UHGV virus genome: UHGV-0167591
From: a virus
Strand: one strand, 5' to 3'
DNA: 64,000 bases
Position 1 is the stretch's first letter. Each line of letters opens with the position of its first letter. A program made the position numbers and the translations under genes. Below are positions 1 through 8,955 of the stretch, piece after piece. The notes under the pieces are model-generated. The model did no database searches and was not told the DNA's origin. It was given only the letters and a program-made list of their open reading frames with translations.

Positions 1-83
1 CGACTCTGAACCCCAAAGCAGCCTGGACCTCCGATCTCCTCCGTTCAGATAATTCAGATATGTAGCACTCCTACGCCAACGAT

Positions 84-2150
84 ATGATCGAAATGCAGAT
101 GTATACCGCGAAGGATGACGGCGAACGTCTGGCAATGATGCAGGTTCAAATGGATAAGGCGAAAGCTGCGAAACGCGCTCGCCAGAAAGAACAGGCTACT
201 ATCGACCTTCAGAACTACATCAAGGCGCAGCACGCAGCTGGTGAGGATGTGGAGGTACTTACCGCTGAATTGGAGCGAAGCAAAGCGGAACTTGAAAAGA
301 CCACCGCCGACGTCGCCAAATTCAAACAGGCGGTAATGGCCAAAGCAGCTGATAACGCAGACTGGAAAGCCCGCTGGGGTAGCGTCCATCACACAGACCG
401 TATGTTGTTAGCACAGTATCGCGCGTCGTTGAAAAGCGCCATTCAGCGCAAGGCTAATATCTCTCAGGCCATCTCCCGCTATGAGAAATTATTGAACCGT
501 ACTCAGAAGGCCGCGACGGATATCAAACGCCTGCGCCCGCTGGTGGAGGATGCAATAAATAAAGGCATTCTGGATGTTGATCCTGATCTGGTTAACCATG
601 CGAATGAGTTCCTTGTTATCGGCGATCGCTCATGGCGTGTAGGCCAATACTATGATTGTGCCGGTGATATCGTTCGCATTAAGTCGCTGGACTTCGACAG
701 CCAGCGCGCAGACGTGGAGATCATCTTTACCTTCAAAGGCACCAAATCGGGTAACTGGGATGTGAAGACGCTGGATAAACAGGTTGATGTAACTCCCGAT
801 GAAGATGCTGTTATGCAGAAAATCAGTGGTGGCGTCTCCATCGCCGGGATTAACGACATCATTTCCTGTGACGATTTCTACCGTTTCCAGCAGCGCGGCA
901 TGATCAAAATCACTGACTCATACGGCGTTCAGACTACAGAGTCAGGCTATAGCATTGATTTTGTTGGTACCTATACGGACCCACTGAAGCATGCGGTTTA
1001 CCCGGATCGCCGTGACGGCGCGCTGAAGTCGTCAATTGCAAAATGGGTGCTTGGTATGATGTCGGAAGGGAATAACCGCCAGATCCGTTCGGCAGAAACA
1101 TTCCTGGTTGAACTGTTTGGCTCCAATTATGGCGATGTAATCGCGTCATACGGAGATACGCTATCCCCTGAAGCAATTCAGGAGAAAATAGCGGATGCGA
1201 TCGCCAGAATGCCGGAAAAAACAAGCCAGGGGGCTACTCGTAACGGGGATTCTGAACTTGAAGTCACCAATGCCATTTTCGGTACCAATGAGTTCCGGGC
1301 GTCAGATTATGAGATCACCACAGCACAGTTTGGCACCATTGGCATTTACAGCAATAAAGCCGAGATCAAGCAGGCAATGGACGCAGCAAGCGCGCGCATC
1401 GCAGCAGAACGGGAAGCCAATCTGAATCATGCAGTCGCCGCACTGACTCAATCGTGGGTAACAGCAATCAGGGAGGCCGCCACCACAGGGAAAATCACAC
1501 CTGCAATTGCGGATGTCGTAAACGACGGCTCTAAATTTATGGATGCCTATCAAATGGATGCGGTGCAGTTGCCATCAGCCTATGGCCAACTCAGCTATCG
1601 CATGACCTACAACCTGGTATCAATGTTTACTGACCTTGCCATCCTTGGGCTGGTGGACCTTAACGAGGTTACGCCGGAATTACTCAGCATGCGCAAGAAT
1701 CATGTTGAGATATTGCAGAGAATTAACACGGTTCTTGCCGGGCGCACCGATGAAGAGAAACAGGCCGACGCTGATCGGATAAACCTGGCCCTAGGCAACA
1801 TCACGGAGGAAGAAATTGCCGCCAGAAACGAGAAACAAGAAGAGTTATCATCAATACAGGGTGATGCCACCAGCATAGCTCAGTCTCTTGGGCTGAATTA
1901 TCGCGTATCCACCGCCGACCTGAAGATGATGTACGCACCAAAATTCGCCGCTGGCGAGGTATTTGGGCTTCAGGAAGCCTCCGGCATGAAAGGGGTTCTT
2001 TTCCGTGCGAAAGACGCAATCAAGGCGAAATTCGGCGCTCGCTGGTTGCCAGCGAAGGCGAAGAACAGCGACTTCCCAGGTAACTGGTGGATTATCGAGA
2101 CAAAACACAACGTGGCGGACGTTCTGGCCGTCATCCAACAATACGCATAA
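84..2150 (+). CDS. Large coiled-coil protein of unknown function (688 aa), upstream of the ulx/lxc pair
   Basis: Complete ORF; in-frame stop at 63-65 precedes it; N-terminal A/K/E/Q-rich coiled coil; no nucleotide-binding or helicase motifs seen. No clear SD, start uncertain. Confidence 0.6.
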   Translation: MIEMQMYTAKDDGERLAMMQVQMDKAKAAKRARQKEQATIDLQNYIKAQHAAGEDVEVLTAELERSKAELEKTTADVAKFKQAVMAKAADNADWKARWGSVHHTDRMLLAQYRASLKSAIQRKANISQAISRYEKLLNRTQKAATDIKRLRPLVEDAINKGILDVDPDLVNHANEFLVIGDRSWRVGQYYDCAGDIVRIKSLDFDSQRADVEIIFTFKGTKSGNWDVKTLDKQVDVTPDEDAVMQKISGGVSIAGINDIISCDDFYRFQQRGMIKITDSYGVQTTESGYSIDFVGTYTDPLKHAVYPDRRDGALKSSIAKWVLGMMSEGNNRQIRSAETFLVELFGSNYGDVIASYGDTLSPEAIQEKIADAIARMPEKTSQGATRNGDSELEVTNAIFGTNEFRASDYEITTAQFGTIGIYSNKAEIKQAMDAASARIAAEREANLNHAVAALTQSWVTAIREAATTGKITPAIADVVNDGSKFMDAYQMDAVQLPSAYGQLSYRMTYNLVSMFTDLAILGLVDLNEVTPELLSMRKNHVEILQRINTVLAGRTDEEKQADADRINLALGNITEEEIAARNEKQEELSSIQGDATSIAQSLGLNYRVSTADLKMMYAPKFAAGEVFGLQEASGMKGVLFRAKDAIKAKFGARWLPAKAKNSDFPGNWWIIETKHNVADVLAVIQQYA

Positions 2151-2183
2151 CAGGAGCGCCCGGTTCGCCGGGCGTCGCATAAT

Positions 2184-2624
2184 ATGGCCACATTATCTGA
2201 TACAATAAAACCGAATAAAACATATCTTGAGGCGGTGCTGCGTACGGCGTTGTTAGGAAAGACAGAAGACGAATACGTTGATTTCTTCCTGTCAGGGCTA
2301 CGCGGGCGATTACTGAAAAATCCCCGCCTGTACCGCAGCTATGGTCCATACTGGCCGGAAATTAAAAAATTATTACTGGAGCGCGGTTATGGTAATTTCG
2401 GTCGTCTCGTTGACCGTGACGTTCGCAAAATTTACCGTTATGACCGTCCGGCGCTGACGCTCATAGCCGCGACGCTCTACAGCCAGGAGCGTTTTGATAA
2501 TGGTCAGATATACTCAGCCTGGCATTTACTGCCAGTGCCTGAAGAGGTTGACGACCAGGACTATGAGTTTGAGTCTTACGATTTGGAAGTTGAAGCCTTG
2601 GCACAGGCTGGAGAGAAAACTTGA
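2184..2624 (+). CDS. Ulx-like protein (gene upstream of lxc), 146 aa
   Basis: ORF immediately upstream of and overlapping the lxc start (TTGA overlap); position matches P1 ulx; sequence identity not verifiable. Confidence 0.55.
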   Translation: MATLSDTIKPNKTYLEAVLRTALLGKTEDEYVDFFLSGLRGRLLKNPRLYRSYGPYWPEIKKLLLERGYGNFGRLVDRDVRKIYRYDRPALTLIAATLYSQERFDNGQIYSAWHLLPVPEEVDDQDYEFESYDLEVEALAQAGEKT

Positions 2625-2869
2625 AAAAGCGATACTACACAGTAAAGCATGGGACGCTACGAGCATTACAAGAGTTTGCTGATAAGCATAACGTTGAGGT
2701 GCGCAGGGAAGGGGGAAGTAAAGCTCTGCGCATGTACCGTCCGGACGGGAAATGGCGTACGGTCGTCGATTTCAAAACTAACAGCGTTCCCCAGGGCGTC
2801 CGCGACCGGGCATTCGAAGAATGGGAGCAGATCATCATAGATAATGCATTGCTCCTGAATGCTGATTGA
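2621..2869 (+). CDS. lxc: Lxc/Bof-like C1 co-repressor, 82 aa, TTG start
   Basis: 82 aa basic protein with TTG start overlapping upstream stop; size, start codon and position match my recollection of P1 bof/lxc. Confidence 0.55.
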   Translation: MKKRYYTVKHGTLRALQEFADKHNVEVRREGGSKALRMYRPDGKWRTVVDFKTNSVPQGVRDRAFEEWEQIIIDNALLLNAD

Positions 2870-2930
2870 TTTCCTGTTAGGTCACTTTATTTTTTAGAGT
2901 GGCCTAAATTACTCTTAATGAGGATGTGAT

Positions 2931-3881
2931 ATGAATGTTTTTATTGATACAAATCTATATTTGGAATTTTACAGGATGGGTAAAGATAAACTAGATGAGC
3001 TGGATAAAGTATTTGCCTTACATCAATATGGTCGTTTAAAACTTTGGTTACCAGAGCTTTTAGTGAATGAGTTCTGGAGGAATCGTTCTAAAGTTCTCTC
3101 TGAAACCATAAAGGAAATAACAAAAGATTATAAGCCCGCGCTTCCCCAGATTTTTAGGCAACATGAAAAGCATTCACAATTTAATGATAAGGTTATAGAA
3201 GCAGGTAGGTTAAAGAATGAAATTATTACAGATATCCAGAAATTGTTTAAAGAGGAGGCTTTGGCTGCCGATATTGTAATTAAAAGGATTTTTGATGCAG
3301 CATCTAAAATAGAGGCTGATGATGAAACAATAGATAAGGGGAAACTTCGATTTGATCTTGGAAACCCGCCTGGCAAAAATAAATCATATGGTGACGCAGT
3401 TAATTGGGAATGTTTGCTAAAAGCGATACCAGACGGTGAGGATATATATATCATAACTGAAGATGGTGATTATAAAAGTGCCTTTATAAAGGATGATATG
3501 AATGAATATTTGAAGCATGAGTGGAAAAAAAAGAAAAATTCAGAACCACATATCTATTCCCGCTTATCAGAGTTTATAGGCGAGCACTTTCCTCAAGCTA
3601 GTAACTTGGTGGAAATGGAAGTTAATCTCACTATAGATGAATTACGACACTCTGGCAGTTTTGCTACAACACATCGAGTTGTAGCAAAATTATTAAAGCT
3701 CACTCACTTTACACAAGAGCAAATCCTAAAAATAATTGATATTTATTTTGAAAATGATCAGGTTGGTTACATCAAAGATGATGATGATGTGAAACTTCTT
3801 GCCAGAAGACTAATATCATTAGGTGACGAGGATAAAGATCCTGAAGGGATGCTGGAGACATTCCGTGTATTTATTGATTAG
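2931..3881 (+). CDS. PIN-like domain protein (predicted nuclease), 316 aa; candidate defence/abortive-infection gene in the P1 res-mod slot
   Basis: N-terminal MNVFIDTN motif typical of PIN first strand; further acidic motifs (LPELLVNEF, GDAVNWE, IITEDGDY); strong SD GAGGA 8 nt upstream; visibly AT-rich versus flanks. Confidence 0.75.
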   Translation: MNVFIDTNLYLEFYRMGKDKLDELDKVFALHQYGRLKLWLPELLVNEFWRNRSKVLSETIKEITKDYKPALPQIFRQHEKHSQFNDKVIEAGRLKNEIITDIQKLFKEEALAADIVIKRIFDAASKIEADDETIDKGKLRFDLGNPPGKNKSYGDAVNWECLLKAIPDGEDIYIITEDGDYKSAFIKDDMNEYLKHEWKKKKNSEPHIYSRLSEFIGEHFPQASNLVEMEVNLTIDELRHSGSFATTHRVVAKLLKLTHFTQEQILKIIDIYFENDQVGYIKDDDDVKLLARRLISLGDEDKDPEGMLETFRVFID

Positions 3882-3887
3882 TATAAT

Positions 3888-3906
3888 GGGCGCATAGTTA
3901 GCGCCC
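3888..3906. terminator. Stem-loop between convergent genes (GGGCGC-atagtta-GCGCCC)
   Basis: Perfect 6 bp GC stem with 7 nt loop between the stops of the 2931-3881 and 3914-4555 genes; no strong U-tract. Confidence 0.35.
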
Positions 3907-3913
3907 AATAAGT

Positions 3914-4555
3914 TTAAAGATAATTATCTTTACCAGTTAATGAACCTTTAGGCACTTTCCGCGCGGCAATTTCATGAGTAGCTTGAATTATATTCACTAG
4001 GGGACTTAGTAACGACGTATCCTGATTGGCCTCAACTTCTCCTGCCATTGACCTGATGTAGTCGGCGCTGGCAACGTTGTTGTATTCCGTCGCAAAGCAA
4101 CATAGTAAGGTCAGAACATGCTCTGTCGTTATTTCGCTCCAGTTGATGTTGAAAAATTCATCGCCTTTTTTATCGTGTTCGGAATCGAAGATGCTTTGGT
4201 GGAGGATGTATTTGCCGGATTCCTTGCGCGGTAACTTGATTGCTTTCTGGCGTTCCAGCTCCTTATAAATCTGCATTGCTTCAATCAGTACCGGTCTGCC
4301 GTTCATGAAGGGATCACGCAACCTTACACGCTGGCCAACTCGACCGGTAATAAAGCTGTTTTCCTCTTCCACCAGCACGATAAAACCCTTTTCCTCTTTT
4401 TCTCGCAATTCGCGCAGCAGCTGGAGTTCCATATCGCGGCGGCGTTCAGGGTAGCTGGTCCGCTCAGCCATTATCAGCTCATTGTTGATCCATGCAGCAG
4501 TCATTGACGCCGGTTTGCCGACGCTCATTGAAACAACGCATATTTTCTTATCCAT
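3914..4555 (-). CDS. Hypothetical protein (213 aa) downstream of ref, in the position of P1 mat
   Basis: ORF on same strand as ref, about 190 bp downstream; ATG at 4555 chosen over upstream GTG at 4582; no recognisable motifs. Confidence 0.55.
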   Translation of the reverse strand: MDKKICVVSMSVGKPASMTAAWINNELIMAERTSYPERRRDMELQLLRELREKEEKGFIVLVEEENSFITGRVGQRVRLRDPFMNGRPVLIEAMQIYKELERQKAIKLPRKESGKYILHQSIFDSEHDKKGDEFFNINWSEITTEHVLTLLCCFATEYNNVASADYIRSMAGEVEANQDTSLLSPLVNIIQATHEIAARKVPKGSLTGKDNYL

Positions 4556-4743
4556 AGCGCCCCTACAAAAAAGAAAAGCCACCAGCGGCGGCTTAGCAAT
4601 ACAACTGAAGGTAGCGCCCGGTACTCAGACTGTGCCGTCCATGGAATATTTGAAAAGGGATCCATCCGTACCGGGCGTGTGATGATTCTGACTGAAGTCA
4701 CTTGTCAGTTGTCAATCATTTATCATTAAAAATAATATATTTA

Positions 4744-5304
4744 TTAGTGCATGATGTTTGCCATCTCATAGGCGTCAGCCAGTAACTCCATCTCTGACTT
4801 GTTCAGCAAGGTGAATTCTTTCTTGCCTCCAACCACACCATCGGCATGAACAGGGACCAGCCATGGGTATTTTTCTCTTACTTCAGCCGGAGCTGCATGC
4901 TGGTGGTGCCATCTACAAAGTGGCAATTGCTTTTTATGACAACCCGGCGCGGTACGACCGGCGATATGGTGCAGAGACACCTCATTAGATATTACTCCAT
5001 GCATATAGCAGGCAATGCAGGGGAGAGCGCCAAGAGCATTGGCGATGCGCCGTTCCTCCGCCGTTGGTGTTCTCCCCTTCAAGCCACGAGATTTTATTTT
5101 TACCGCGATTTTCCGCGTTTTGCTGGCTGGTGGGCGCTCTTTCTGTTTAGCGATACGGCGGTCGAGAGTATCCCGCATTTTCTGATATTGAGATTCTCGC
5201 CAGACCGGATCAGCCAACTTCTCCCGTTGCCGAGCGATCGCTCGTTCTCTGGCTGCCTTCTGCCACTTGCGGCACTGTTCAATTTTTTGTTCGATTGTTT
5301 TCAT
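4744..5304 (-). CDS. ref: Ref recombination enhancement function (HNH endonuclease), 186 aa
   Basis: 186 aa; Cys/His-rich HNH-like C-terminal half (CIACYMHG, HHIAGR, CRWHH); basic N-terminus; C1 operator upstream; matches P1 Ref. Confidence 0.85.
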   Translation of the reverse strand: MKTIEQKIEQCRKWQKAARERAIARQREKLADPVWRESQYQKMRDTLDRRIAKQKERPPASKTRKIAVKIKSRGLKGRTPTAEERRIANALGALPCIACYMHGVISNEVSLHHIAGRTAPGCHKKQLPLCRWHHQHAAPAEVREKYPWLVPVHADGVVGGKKEFTLLNKSEMELLADAYEMANIMH

Positions 5305-5401
5305 ATGGCAAAAAAAGGCGGCCTAATGGCCGCCAATGATGTCAAGGAGTGAAGTAATGGCAACGTCTTCGTAGTTGACAAAAACTGCGGCTCAATTATA
5401 G

Positions 5402-5418
5402 CAATGAATTAGAGCAAT
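5402..5418. promoter_or_regulatory. C1 repressor operator-like site upstream of ref
   Basis: 14/17 match to reverse complement of P1 operator consensus ATTGCTCTAATAAATTT; second related motif 5391-5407. Confidence 0.5.
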
Positions 5419-5551
5419 GATAGATATTTTGTTTATCGCGAATCACATTTTTTCACTTCAGTACCTGTGTGCTATACTCCTTCTTGATTGATTGGATGCG
5501 GAATACAACCCCGCTCTTTTGTGCAGCCTGGCTCCTTGCCAGGCTTTTTTT

Positions 5552-5863
5552 TTATTTCATCATGGAAGCTGTTAACGCTTTGGACCTTGCTGAACTGATT
5601 GAAAGGACATTGTTAACCTTACCCAAGAGTTCGCCAAACTCAGACATCACTTTAGCAAAACCGCGCCGTGCTTCTTCCTCGGTGGCATTCATCACGAAAT
5701 GTTCAGCACTACGCATACTTTTGACAGGAAACGCAACGGATATTGAGTCAATATCAGGCATTCTATCGCTCAGCTTTACAGTGACAATGACGGCTGGCGA
5801 CTGAATATTAGTGCTTACAGACAGCACTACATATTTTCCGTCGATGTTGAAATCCTTTCTCAT
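5552..5863 (-). CDS. Hypothetical protein (103 aa) immediately downstream of cre (position of P1 cra)
   Basis: ORF on cre strand 50 bp after cre stop, with operator-like motif in between; function unknown. Confidence 0.45.
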   Translation of the reverse strand: MRKDFNIDGKYVVLSVSTNIQSPAVIVTVKLSDRMPDIDSISVAFPVKSMRSAEHFVMNATEEEARRGFAKVMSEFGELLGKVNNVLSISSARSKALTASMMK

Positions 5864-5879
5864 ATGTCACCATAAATAT

Positions 5880-5896
5880 CAAAGAATTAGAGCAAT
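5880..5896. promoter_or_regulatory. C1 operator-like site between cre and the downstream ORF
   Basis: 13/17 match to operator consensus (GAATTAGAGCAAT core). Confidence 0.4.
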
Positions 5897-5913
5897 CATT
5901 TACGCGTTAATGG

Positions 5914-6945
5914 CTAATCGCCATCTTCCAGCAGGCGCACCATTGCCCCTGTTTCACTATCCAGGTTACGGATATAGTTCATGACAATATTTACGTTGGT
6001 CCAGCCACCAGCTTGCATGATCTCCGGTATTGAAACTCCGGCACGGGCCATATCTCGCGCGGCTCCGACACGGGCACTGTGTCCAGACCAGGCCAGGTAT
6101 CTCTGACCAGAGTCATCCTTAGCGCCGTAAATCAATCGATGAGTTGCTTCAAAAATCCCTTCCAGGGCGCGAGTTGATAGCTGGCTGGTGGCAGATGGCG
6201 CGGCAACACCATTTTTTCTGACCCGGCAAAACAGGTAGTTATTCGGATCATCAGCTACACCAGAGACGGAAATCCATCGCTCGACCAGTTTAGTTACCCC
6301 CAGGCTAAGTGCCTTCTCTACACCTGCGGTGCTAACCAGCGTTTTCGTTCTGCCAATAAGGATTAACATTCTCCCACCGTCAGTACGTGAGATATCTTTA
6401 ACCCTGATCCTGGCAATTTCGGCTATACGTAACAGGGTGTTATAAGCAATCCCCAGAAATGCCAGATTACGTATATCCTGGCAGCGATCGCTATTTCCCA
6501 TGAGTGAACGAACCTGGTCGAAATCAGTGCGTTCGAACGCTAGAGCCTGTTTTGCACGTTCACCGGCATCAACGTTTTCTTTTCGGATCCGCCGCATAAC
6601 CAGTGAAACAGCATTGCTGTCACTTGGTCGTGGCAGCCCGGACCGACGATGAAGCATGTTTAGCTGGCCCAAATGTTGCTGGATAGTTTTTACTGCCAGA
6701 CCGCGCGCCTGAAGATATAGAAGATAATCGCGAACATCTTCAGGTTCTGCGGGAAACCATTTCCGGTTATTCAACTTGCACCATGCCGCCCACGACCGGC
6801 AAACGGACAGAAGCATTTTCCAGGTATGCTCAGAAAACGCCTGGCGATCCCTGAACATGTCCATCAGGTTCTTGCGAACCTCATCACTCGTTGCATCGAC
6901 CGGTAATGCAGGCAAATTTTGGTGTACGGTCAGTAAATTGGACAT
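5914..6945 (-). CDS. cre: Cre site-specific tyrosine recombinase, 343 aa
   Basis: Translation begins MSNLLTVHQNLPALPVDATSDEVRKNLMDMFRDRQAFSEHTWKMLLSVCRSWAAWCKLNNRKWFPAEPEDVRDYLLYLQARGLAVKTIQQHLGQLNMLHRRSGLPRPSDSNAVSLVMRRIRKENVDAGERAKQALAFERTDFDQVRSLMENSDRCQDIRNLAFLGIAYNTLLRIAEIARIRVKDISRTDGGRMLIHIGRTKTLVSTAGVEKALSLGVTKLVERWISVSGVADDPNNYLFCRVRKNGVAAPSATSQLSTRALEGIFEATHRLIYGAKDDSGQRYLAWSGHSARVGAARDMARAGVSIPEIMQAGGWTNVNIVMNYIRNLDSETGAMVRLLEDGD. Confidence 0.97.
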   Translation of the reverse strand: MSNLLTVHQNLPALPVDATSDEVRKNLMDMFRDRQAFSEHTWKMLLSVCRSWAAWCKLNNRKWFPAEPEDVRDYLLYLQARGLAVKTIQQHLGQLNMLHRRSGLPRPSDSNAVSLVMRRIRKENVDAGERAKQALAFERTDFDQVRSLMGNSDRCQDIRNLAFLGIAYNTLLRIAEIARIRVKDISRTDGGRMLILIGRTKTLVSTAGVEKALSLGVTKLVERWISVSGVADDPNNYLFCRVRKNGVAAPSATSQLSTRALEGIFEATHRLIYGAKDDSGQRYLAWSGHSARVGAARDMARAGVSIPEIMQAGGWTNVNIVMNYIRNLDSETGAMVRLLEDGD

Positions 6946-6952
6946 TTAACAC

Positions 6953-7174
6953 TCAGATAATGGTTTTAAGTAAAGTGTACAGGATCGGCTCTGCCTTTAC
7001 CTGTTTATGGTTCTCGTCATAGAAACGCCAGCGACCGCGCGTGCGTTCTATTTTCTCTTCACCGCGCGATAATGACAGTTGACAACTATCACGATCAAAC
7101 CCTTTTGCCCGCCAGTAACCACGGTTTTTCTCAAGCTCAATATGAGTGGACACTTTAGCAGCTGAATATCCCAT
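6953..7174 (-). CDS. Small basic ORF (73 aa) between loxP and cre; coding status doubtful
   Basis: ORF only; lies in the cre promoter region about 190 bp from loxP. Confidence 0.2.
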   Translation of the reverse strand: MGYSAAKVSTHIELEKNRGYWRAKGFDRDSCQLSLSRGEEKIERTRGRWRFYDENHKQVKAEPILYTLLKTII

Positions 7175-7363
7175 TTTTCACCTCTGATTGATTGGTGGTG
7201 CTAAGTGCGCTACGCGAAATCTGGAGCACTAACACTGCCAACATTTCGCAGATTTTACGTAGCGCAACCTTGATCAAATGATCAAGTGATCACTATTTGA
7301 CCTGATAAGGTATTGAACTGTATGGATTTACAGGTAAATTGATCATGTTCAATAACCCTTAAA

Positions 7364-7397
7364 ATAACTTCGTATAATGTATGCTATACGAAGTTAT
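7364..7397. other. loxP recombination site (34 bp)
   Basis: Exact ATAACTTCGTATA-ATGTATGC-TATACGAAGTTAT, two 13 bp inverted repeats around 8 bp spacer, about 420 bp upstream of cre. Confidence 0.98.
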
Positions 7398-7440
7398 CAG
7401 GTCAGAAGAGGAGTTTACGTCCAGCTGCGCACAAAAATCA

Positions 7441-7457
7441 AGAATTATTAGAGCAAT
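7441..7457. promoter_or_regulatory. C1 operator (immC region)
   Basis: 15/17 match to operator consensus (reverse orientation). Confidence 0.6.
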
Positions 7458-7514
7458 ACAATAAACCACTTTCTTCCAGCAAAAATCTGGATTGTTTTTC
7501 ATAGTTGTTTGACA

Positions 7515-7531
7515 ATTGCTCTAATAAATTA
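7515..7531. promoter_or_regulatory. C1 operator (immC region)
   Basis: ATTGCTCTAATAAATTA, 16/17 match to consensus ATTGCTCTAATAAATTT. Confidence 0.7.
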
Positions 7532-7601
7532 TAGTTTTGCCGCCGTTTCGTAATATGACACCAAGGCCACCTTCAGGTGTTATAGAGCGGCTCAGAGGGA
7601 A

Positions 7602-7706
7602 ATGAGCAAACAGGGAAACCTTATACAAACGGCATTACGGCTATGCATTGCTCATCTTACACACAGCGCAATGTTGTTAGATAACCCCAGCATGGATTAT
7701 GGGTGA
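7602..7706 (+). CDS. Small ORF (34 aa) upstream of coi (imcA/imcB-like position)
   Basis: ATG preceded by AGAGGGA SD; ends 54 bp before coi start; below the ORF-track size cutoff. Confidence 0.3.
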   Translation: MSKQGNLIQTALRLCIAHLTHSAMLLDNPSMDYG

Positions 7707-7759
7707 AACAGTAGGTCAGAGCTTCAGGCTCTGTGTTGTCAATACAGTGAGGCATAATT

Positions 7760-7969
7760 ATGGCTTTCATTCCACCAACCATCGACGACGTTAGACATTG
7801 CTCTAACGCTTTATCTGTAGACCCCGCCGAAACCGACGCTGCTCGCGCCATTGCTGAACACTACTCAAAGATATCCAATCAGGAGTACCGCATCACCCAA
7901 GACGACCTTGATGATCTCACTGACACAATCGAATATCTCATGGCCACTAACCAGCCAGACTCACAATAA
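7760..7969 (+). CDS. coi: Coi, C1 inactivator, 69 aa
   Basis: 69 aa acidic protein immediately upstream of c1; matches P1 Coi in size and position; SD GTGAGG. Confidence 0.85.
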   Translation: MAFIPPTIDDVRHCSNALSVDPAETDAARAIAEHYSKISNQEYRITQDDLDDLTDTIEYLMATNQPDSQ

Positions 7970-8079
7970 ATGCACTAATAAATCTATTATTTTTGCTGGA
8001 TCCTTCTATAATGGTGGTCAACAACTCTCAGTGTTATCCGCTGTGAGTTGTTGGCCATGTCAATTCTGGAGGAGGATCA

Positions 8080-8931
8080 ATGATAAATTATGTCTACGGC
8101 GAACAACTGTACCAGGAGTTCGTCAGCTTCAGGGATCTCTTTCTAAAAAAAGCTGTTGCACGCGCCCAACATGTTGATGCCGCCAGCGACGGACGTCCTG
8201 TACGCCCTGTTGTCGTTCTGCCGTTTAAAGAAACGGACAGCATTCAAGCTGAAATTGATAAATGGACATTAATGGCGAAGGAGCTGGAACAGTACCCAGA
8301 CCTGAATATCCCAAAAACAATTTTATATCCTGTTCCTAACATACTTCGCGGTGTGCGGAAGGTGACAACTTATCGGACGGAGGCTGTTAATAGCGTAAAT
8401 ATGACTGCCGGTCGCATTATCCATCTGATCGACAGAGATATTCGAATCCAAAAAAGCGCAGGTATTAGCGAACACAGCGCAAAGTACATAGAGAACCTGG
8501 AAACAACGAAAGAGCTGATGATGCAGTATCCGGAAGATGAGAAATTCCGTATGCGCGTACACGGCTTTAGTGAGACCATGCTCCGCGTCCACTACATTTC
8601 CAGCAGTCCTAACTATAATGGCGGTAAATCAGTTAGTTATCACGTCCCATTATGTGGCGTATTTATTTGTGACGAAACTCTCCGCGATGGGATTATCATC
8701 AATGGCGAGTTTGAGAAAGCAAAATTTAGTATTTACGACTCTATAGAGCCAATCATCTGCGATCGTTGGCCACAGGCGAAAATATATCGCCTGGCAGATA
8801 TTGAAAACGTAAAAAAACAAATTGCCATCACTCGCGAAGAGAAGAAGGTTAAATCAGCCGCATCAGTTACGCGTAGCCGTAAAACTAAGAAGGGGCAGCC
8901 GGTTAACGACAACCCCGAAAGCGCGCAATAG
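8080..8931 (+). CDS. c1: C1 immunity repressor, 283 aa
   Basis: 283 aa; begins MINYVYGEQLYQEF; SD GGAGG; located by loxP with coi upstream, as in P1 immC. Confidence 0.92.
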   Translation: MINYVYGEQLYQEFVSFRDLFLKKAVARAQHVDAASDGRPVRPVVVLPFKETDSIQAEIDKWTLMAKELEQYPDLNIPKTILYPVPNILRGVRKVTTYRTEAVNSVNMTAGRIIHLIDRDIRIQKSAGISEHSAKYIENLETTKELMMQYPEDEKFRMRVHGFSETMLRVHYISSSPNYNGGKSVSYHVPLCGVFICDETLRDGIIINGEFEKAKFSIYDSIEPIICDRWPQAKIYRLADIENVKKQIAITREEKKVKSAASVTRSRKTKKGQPVNDNPESAQ

Positions 8932-8955
8932 TTTCCGCCCGGCATGGTTAAAGAG

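Noticed and set aside
54-392. 112 aa minus-strand ORF
   Set aside because: Lies entirely antisense within the 84-2150 coding region; typical shadow ORF.
2870-4600. IS1 or another insertion sequence in the variable locus
   Set aside because: No transposase-like ORF and no terminal inverted repeats were found here or elsewhere in the window.
4846-5352. 168 aa plus-strand ORF
   Set aside because: Antisense to ref, which has clear HNH motifs; shadow ORF.
5914-7397. Cre/loxP as an integrase/attachment-site pair marking an integrated prophage
   Set aside because: The full plasmid replicon and partition system are present, consistent with a P1-type extrachromosomal prophage; no integrase or host flank was seen.
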